A stretch of 64,000 nucleotides of DNA, from contig OX597820.1 in NCBI GenBank assembly GCA_951406725.2, positions 20,212,001-20,276,000 on the forward strand. Reading direction: 5' to 3'. The translations under genes and the position numbers were made by a program. This stretch comes from Octopus vulgaris (lineage: Eukaryota). The notes beneath the pieces are model-generated. The model saw only the letters and a program-made list of their open reading frames with translations. It had not been told where the DNA came from and ran no database searches. Positions 57,348 to 64,000 of the stretch are shown here, piece by piece (position 1 is the first letter of the stretch; every line of letters starts with the position of its first letter).

Positions 57348-60064
57348 ATCGCGGACCTCTATAGGGCCGAGGCTTTCCGCCAACTCAATGACACCTCCTT
57401 CTATTCCCCTCTGCCCTCTAACCCCACACGTAGCTACCAACAGACGGTATCCTCTACTGTCCAAGACCTCATCTCGTCCTCCCGTCTCCCCCGCACCGCA
57501 TCCAACCTAATTGTGCGAACCCCACGTACCCCCACCATTTACTTCCTCCCCAAAATCCACAAACCCAACAACCCTGGCCGCCCCATCGTCTCCGCCTGTA
57601 ACTGCCCCACGGAGCTCATCTCTAAATACCTCGACCGTGTCCTTGCCCCCCTAGTGGCCTCTCTTCCCTCCCACATCCACGATACCAACCATGCTCTCCG
57701 GCTTTTCAACTCTTTCTCCTTTCCTCCCGGCTCCTCCAAAATCCTTTTTACTATGGACATCCAAAGCCTCTATACTGTTATCCCTCACCACGAAGGACTG
57801 CAGGCCCTTCGACACTTTCTTGACCTCCGCTCTAACCCTGTACCTGACACCTCCACACTCATTCGTCTGGCCGAACTTGTCCTTACTCTGAACTGCTTCT
57901 CGTTCGCGGGCGAGTTCTACCATCAGGTCTCGGGAGTGGCCATGGGAACGCGAATGGGCCCCAACTATGCGAACCTGTTCGTTGGCTATGTTGAGGTCCA
58001 AATATTCTCTAATTTCACTGGTCCCACTCCTGAACTATATGGTCGTTATATTGACGACATTATCGGTGCCACCTCACTCTCCCGCGAACATCTAGATTCC
58101 TTCCTCTCTTTCGTCCAATCTTTCCATCCAGCCCTCCACTTCACTTCCACTATCTCCAACACCTCTGTCTCCTTCCTCGACATTTCGGTTAGCATTCTTC
58201 ACTCCACTCTTACCACCTCCATTCACTACAAACACACAGACTCACACTCATACCTCAACTTCTCTTCCTCCCACCCAGAACACACCAAGCTTTCCATCCC
58301 CTATTCCCAATTCCTCCGTCTACGTAGGCTCTGTAGTGACGACCATGACTTTGAGACTCAGTCTCAACGTATGGCTCACCACTTCACCCTACGTGGATAC
58401 CCCCTCACCACTATCCACACCGCCCTTGCCAGAGCACGGTCCGTGGACCGTGTATCTGCTCTCTCTCCCCGAACCCGCCCTGTAGTCTCCCGCCTCCCTT
58501 TTCCCCTCACTTACCACCCCACGACCCTACGTCTCCAACGCACCATTCTTCGAGCTTTCCGTCATCTCCAGTCCGACCCGTCCACTTCACACCTCTTCCC
58601 TAACCGACCCCTCCCCTCTTTCAAACGAGCCCACAACCTTCGAGACCTTTTGGTCCATAGCTCCTTCCCTGACCCTACCTCCCAACCCGGCTCGTTCCCC
58701 TGCTCCCGCCCACGTTGCCGCACTTGCCCTTACCTCTCCAACACCACCCGCCTCACTAGCACCCACCATCGACCCTATCCCATCATCCACTCCTTCACCT
58801 GCACCTCCAGCAATATTATCTATTGCATCTCTTGCTCTCTCTGCAATTCCTTGTACATCGGACAAACGGGACGCCGCTTGGCTGACCGGTTCGCGGAACA
58901 CCTTCGTGACATCCACCTTGCGAACGACACACCGGTCTCACGCCATTTCCGCTCCACCGGTCACTCCTTGCAACACCTATCTGTGTTCGGTTTGTCCTTA
59001 CACAGAGGCCATCCGGATTCCCGTTTGCGCCGTGAACAGGAATTAATCTTCTCTCTTCGCTCTTATACGCCATTTGGTCTCAACTCTCCCCCCTCCTCAT
59101 TTAACCCCCCTCTCCCCCTCCTCACCTATCCTTTCTCCCCCGACCCCTACTTCTTCAGTCCTTCATCCTTTCACCCCTACTCCCCTTCCCTTCTTCCCTC
59201 TTTCTCCCTCCCTCTTCCCCTTCCTTCTGCTCCTTCACTCCCTCTCTCCCCTTCTCTCTCCCCCTCTCCCTCTTTCCTCCTTCATCCCCCTCCTCCCCTT
59301 CCTTCTCCCCCATCCTCTCCTCTTCCCCCTCTCCTCCCCCTCTTCTTCCCATCCCCTTCTCTCCCCCTCTTCCCCCTCCCCCTCTTCTCCTCACTACACC
59401 ACATGACTTTACACATCACATCACATATGATGTGCCATACTAATACACACACCAACTAATACATACTAATACGTACTAATACATACTAGTACATACTAAT
59501 ACTTACACCAACCCTATACATACACACGTCCAGACCCCGCATACGCACTTATACTCTCTCACACACACACACACACCTATACATACCAATACGTACTAAT
59601 ACATACTAATACATACTAATACATACACCAACCCCATACATACGCACGTCCAGACCAATCCTACGCACTAATACTCTCTCATACACACACACCCTTATAC
59701 ATACTAATACATACACCAACCCTATACATACACACATCCAGACCCCTCCCACGCACTATTAGCTGGTCCCTCAACCCTTTTATCAACCCTATTATCTCCC
59801 CTTATTTCGCTCTCGCGTCTCATGTTTGATCTTTGACCTCTGGCCGAAATCAGATCGCCATGTTGATTCGTTAGCTACTGCACGCATTTTTTTTCTCTCC
59901 TTCTTTCTGTGTTTTTCTCTCTCTGTGTATCTTTCTGTTGAAGAGCGTAGGCTCGAAACGTTAAAGACTTGTTTTATTTATATTTCCTGAGCGCCATACT
60001 ATTACAATTGTTCGTTTGTTTTCCACCTGCCTTCGTCTTTTGTTTATTTTCATAAAGCTTCCCG

Positions 60065-60065
<1 letters not shown>
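57348..60065 (+). mobile_element. Penelope-like element (Neptune-type), 5'-truncated; open RT + GIY-YIG ORF 57348-59459; pLTR with hammerhead
   Basis: YFLPKIHK..PGRPIVS, MDIQSLYT, GVAMGTRMGP, RYIDD, FLD; Cys linker PCSRPRCRTC/CTSSNIIYCISCSLC; YIGQTGRRLADRFAEH; PFGLN. It interrupts a SINE at gaagcccgt and ends at (TA)n. Confidence 0.92.
59930..59967 (+). ncRNA. pLTR hammerhead-like motif (U at core position 6)
   Basis: tcttt-CTGTTGA-a-gagc(gtag)gctc-GAAAC-GTT-aaaga; related copies at 63803-63838(+), 27300-27336(-) and 60213-60240(-, truncated). Confidence 0.55.
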
Positions 60066-60121
<56 letters not shown>

Positions 60122-60953
60122 ATCCAAACAAGAAAGCACAAAAAAAAAAAACACAACAACGCGAGGACGTGGAACAAATATAATATTATTGGACGCTCAG
60201 GAAAGAAGGAGGGTTTAACGTTTCGAGCGGAGCTCTTCATATATATATAAGAAGTTTGAAAACGCCACTATATAAGATAAATTTTAATTTTCTTTAATTA
60301 TTAAATTTTACATGTTTTGGTCCTTCTTGAAAAAACGAACCTTATCAAAAATATTTTTAAAAGTTAAGTATAATAAAAAAGTTCATAATTGTTTCTTACT
60401 AGTCTCAACAGAGTCCACGTGTTGGTGTTTTGTGGTGGGGAGCATAATGGCTGTCTTGTGTGTTGACTAGATTCGTTGGCTGTAGTAGCAGTGACTATTG
60501 GTCGTAGTAGTAGTGACCACGGTCACTACTACTACTACTACTACGAAGGAGCGTCAAATTTATACACCTGCTTGTTGTTCATATACCTGTCTTCGTCTTT
60601 TGTTTTTCTTTAAATTTCAACTATATACATATATATATACACGCGTATATACGTATGTGTATGCATATATATATATATATCACGTAACCGACCAGACATC
60701 GCTGGTCACAATGCGTTCGCATTGTTTTAGCCTTCGAACGACGCCACCCCGCTGGCTATGCGAGCAGGCCAACAGAAGAAAGAGAGAAAGAGTGGTGAAA
60801 GAGTACAGCAGGGATCACCCTCCCCCCTGCCGGAGCCTCGTGGAGCTTTTAGGTGTTTTCGCTCAATAAACACTCACAACACCCGGTCTGGGAATCGAAA
60901 CCGCGATCCCACGACTGCGAGTCCGCTGCCCTAACAACTCGGCCATTGTGCCT

Positions 60954-61016
<63 letters not shown>

Positions 61017-61034
61017 TATATATATATATATATT

Positions 61035-61467
61035 GCCATTCGAGCGTGATCGTTACCAGCGTCGTCTTACTGGCACTTGTGCCCGTGCTAGTAGGGTGCC
61101 AAGAGCACCATCCGAGTGTGATCGTTGCCAGAGTAGCCAACTGGCTTCCGTGCCAGTGGCACGTAAAAGGGCACCATTCGAGCGTGATCGTTACCAGCGT
61201 CGCCTTACTGGCACCTGTGCCGGTGGAATGTGTAAAAGGATTCGAGCGAGGTCGTTTCCAGTGCCGCCTGACTGGCCCCCGTGCCGGTGGCACGTAAAAA
61301 GCACCCGCTACACTCTCGGAGTGGTTGGCGTTAGGAAGGGCATCCAGCTGTAGAAACTCTGCCAAATCAAGATTGGAGACTGGTGCAACCATCTGGTTCG
61401 CCAGCCCTCAGTCAAAATCGTCCAACCCATGCTAGCATGGAAAGCGGACGTTAAACGATGATGATGA
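61035..61467 (+). mobile_element. RTE-type 3' end (representative of a highly abundant family)
   Basis: tggcacgtaaaa repeat units + ggagtggttggcgttaggaagggcatccagctg + (GAT)n. Other copies at e.g. 7575(-), 9440, 12210, 18846(-), 20155, 28083(-), 45910(-), 50373 and 51770. Confidence 0.8.
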
Positions 61468-61468
61468 T

Positions 61469-61536
<68 letters not shown>

Positions 61537-61703
61537 CAGGAGTGGCTGTGTGGTAAGTAGCTTGCTCACCAACCACATGGTTCCGGGTTCAGTCCCACTG
61601 CGTGGCACCTTCGGCAAGTGTCTTCTACTATAGCCTCGGGCCGACCAATACCTTGTGAGTGGATTTGGTAGACGGAAACTGAAAGAAGCCTGTCGTATAT
61701 ATG

Positions 61704-61734
<31 letters not shown>

Positions 61735-61948
61735 ATGTTTGTGTGTCTGTGTTTGTCCCCCTAGCATTGCTTGAGTACCGATGCTGGTGTGTTTGCGTCC
61801 CCGTAACCTAGCGGTTCGGCAAAAGAGACCGATAGAATAAGTACTGGGCTTACAAAGAATAAGTCCCGCGGTCGAGTTGCTCGATTAAAGGCGGTGCTCC
61901 AGCATGGCCGCAGTCAAATGACTGAAACAAGTAAAAGAGTAAAAGAGT
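61537..61948 (+). mobile_element. Full-length tRNA/CORE-like SINE with internal microsatellite (representative)
   Basis: caggagtggctgtgtggtaag..gggttcagtccc head, caccttcggcaagtg CORE-like segment, gtaaaagagtaaaag tail. Copies at 13272, 30495, 37441(-), 39990 and 40800(-). Confidence 0.8.
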
Positions 61949-62468
61949 ATATGTGTATACACATACAGAGAAACACCCCCACACACACACATACACACAC
62001 ATAACAACAATACCAGAAAATGGAGGAGAGGAATATTTGAGAAACTGAAATTTCAACATTTCGTAGGATGTAAAACGTAAATCTCGATCTAAACAAATCA
62101 ACAGAGACTCGTTGTCAGGTTAAAGAGGATACGGCACAACTGGCAACAATTTAACTGCATGATAACAAATGTTATGTTTCGGTTAATTAGTATCTTCTGA
62201 TGTAAATATTAATATCCTAATGCCTCACTCTATAAATAAATGAATAAGTGAATAAATAAATGAATAATTCTGTAAGTACGGATCTGTTTTGCCGTCTTTC
62301 GTTATTACATAGGCGCAGGTGTAGCTGCGTACTACGAAATTTGCTTCTCAGTAACATGGGCCCAGGTTCGTCCCACTGCGTGGAACCTTGGGCAATTGTC
62401 CTCTTTGGTCTCGTGCCGACCAAAGTCTTGTGAGTCGATTTTGTTGACGGAAACTGAAAGAAGCCCGT

Positions 62469-62513
<45 letters not shown>

Positions 62514-62764
62514 GAAGGCGGCGAGCTTGGCAGAAACGTTAGCACGCCGGGCGAAATGCGTAGCCGTATTTCGTCTGTCGTTACGTTCTGAGTTCAAATT
62601 CCGCCGAGGTCGACTTTGCCTTTCATCCTTTCGGGGTCGATAAATTAAGTACCAGTTACGCACTGGGGTCGATGTAAACGACTTGATCCCTTTGTCTGTC
62701 CGTGTTTGTCCCCTCTATGTTTGCCCCCTTGTGGGCAATAAAGCAATATATATATTTATAAAAG

Positions 62765-63197
62765 AAAAGTTCGAAAACGCCACTATATAAGATAAATTTT
62801 AATTTTCTTAGAAATATTACATGTTTCGGTTCTTCTTGAAAAAATGAACCTTATCAAAAATGTTTTAAAACGTTAAGTGTAATAAAAAAGTTCATAATTG
62901 TTTCTTACTGGTCTCAACAGAATACACGTGGTTTTTTTGTGGGGAGTAAGTATAATAGCTGTCTTATGTGTTCGAATGCTCACTTAACTTTTAATCTACA
63001 GCTATTATGCTTACTCCCCACAAAAAACCACCACGTGGATTCTGTTGAGATTAGTAAGAAACAATTATGAACTTTTTTATTGCACTCAACTTTTTAAAAC
63101 ATTTTTGATAAGGTTCGTTTTTTCAAGAAGAACCGAAATGTAAAATTTCTAAGAAAATTAAAATTTATCTTATATAGTGGCGTTTTCAAACTTCTTT
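62765..63197. repeat. Inverted repeat (arms ~200 bp) with a U3-A8 hammerhead in each arm; single-arm copy at 60250-60455
   Basis: 62765-62962 vs 62998-63197; attt-TTGATAA-ggttc..gaacc-GAAAC-at-GTA-aaat consensus. Confidence 0.85.
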
Positions 63198-63237
63198 TTT
63201 ATTAATATATACCCACTCGTATACGATCTACACTTAT

Positions 63238-63291
<54 letters not shown>

Positions 63292-63934
63292 GAATTTAAC
63301 CTACATGGATTTTCGCAGGATTGCACTTAAGGACTTATGGACATATTTCTACAAGATCAGAGAATTGAACTGCTATGCTTCTTTTTTCTTCTCTTCCTTC
63401 ATCTCCTTGTTCCTTTACTCCTGTCCTCTATGTCATCATTTCATTAATCTATACTCTTTTCATTTTTCCTATTTGTCTCCTATGACGGAATATCCCATAC
63501 TCTGGGATATCCCAGAAACAACTGTAAGACTGAATCTTTTTTTCAAATAATATTAATGTATATGACTTGTTTGCCTTGCCTTAACGTTTGTTTCCCTCTT
63601 TAACAATTATATATCTGCTATATCGGAAATCTGCAATGGCTGCATAACTACCGTCTTAGCATTTACCTAGCGTACCTAGTCGTTTAAATCACCTGTGAAC
63701 TAAACCCCCATATATTGTATATATATATATATGTATATCGCCATGATAGATCGCTAGCCACTACACATTCTTTATTTTCTCTCCCTGTTTCTTTCTGTAT
63801 TCCTTTCTGTAGAAGAGCGTAGGCTCGAAACGTTAAAGTCTTTTTCACTTCCCGAGCGTTATACTAATACATCTGTTTGTCGTCTACACCACCTGTCTTC
63901 GTCTTTTGTTTTCTTTTTTGTGAAGTCTCTCCCC

Positions 63935-64000
<66 letters not shown>

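Overview
Repeat-rich animal genomic DNA. The SINE/LINE families and microsatellite load resemble those I recognise from Octopus-type cephalopod genomes, but this is an inference and was not verified. The window holds one complete + strand gene, a RecQ1/RECQL ATP-dependent DNA helicase: 12 coding exons from 6642 to 52905, all GT-AG, phases consistent, 1983 nt = 660 aa. Introns and flanks are filled with tRNA-headed SINEs, RTE 3' ends, CR1 and R4/Dong fragments, non-autonomous Helitrons, a piggyBac remnant, a solo LTR, mini/microsatellites and a 5'-truncated but open Penelope-like (RT + GIY-YIG) element. The most notable hidden signal is about 13 minimal type I hammerhead-ribozyme motifs from several unrelated sequence families. 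Many sit in small (TA)n-flanked elements or long palindromes, and some carry non-canonical cores (U3-A8, U6). Also notable are a 341-bp 28S rRNA fragment spliced into a SINE, a uORF whose stop overlaps the RECQL start codon, and a candidate first exon of an antisense gene. All calls were made by eye and no searches were run.
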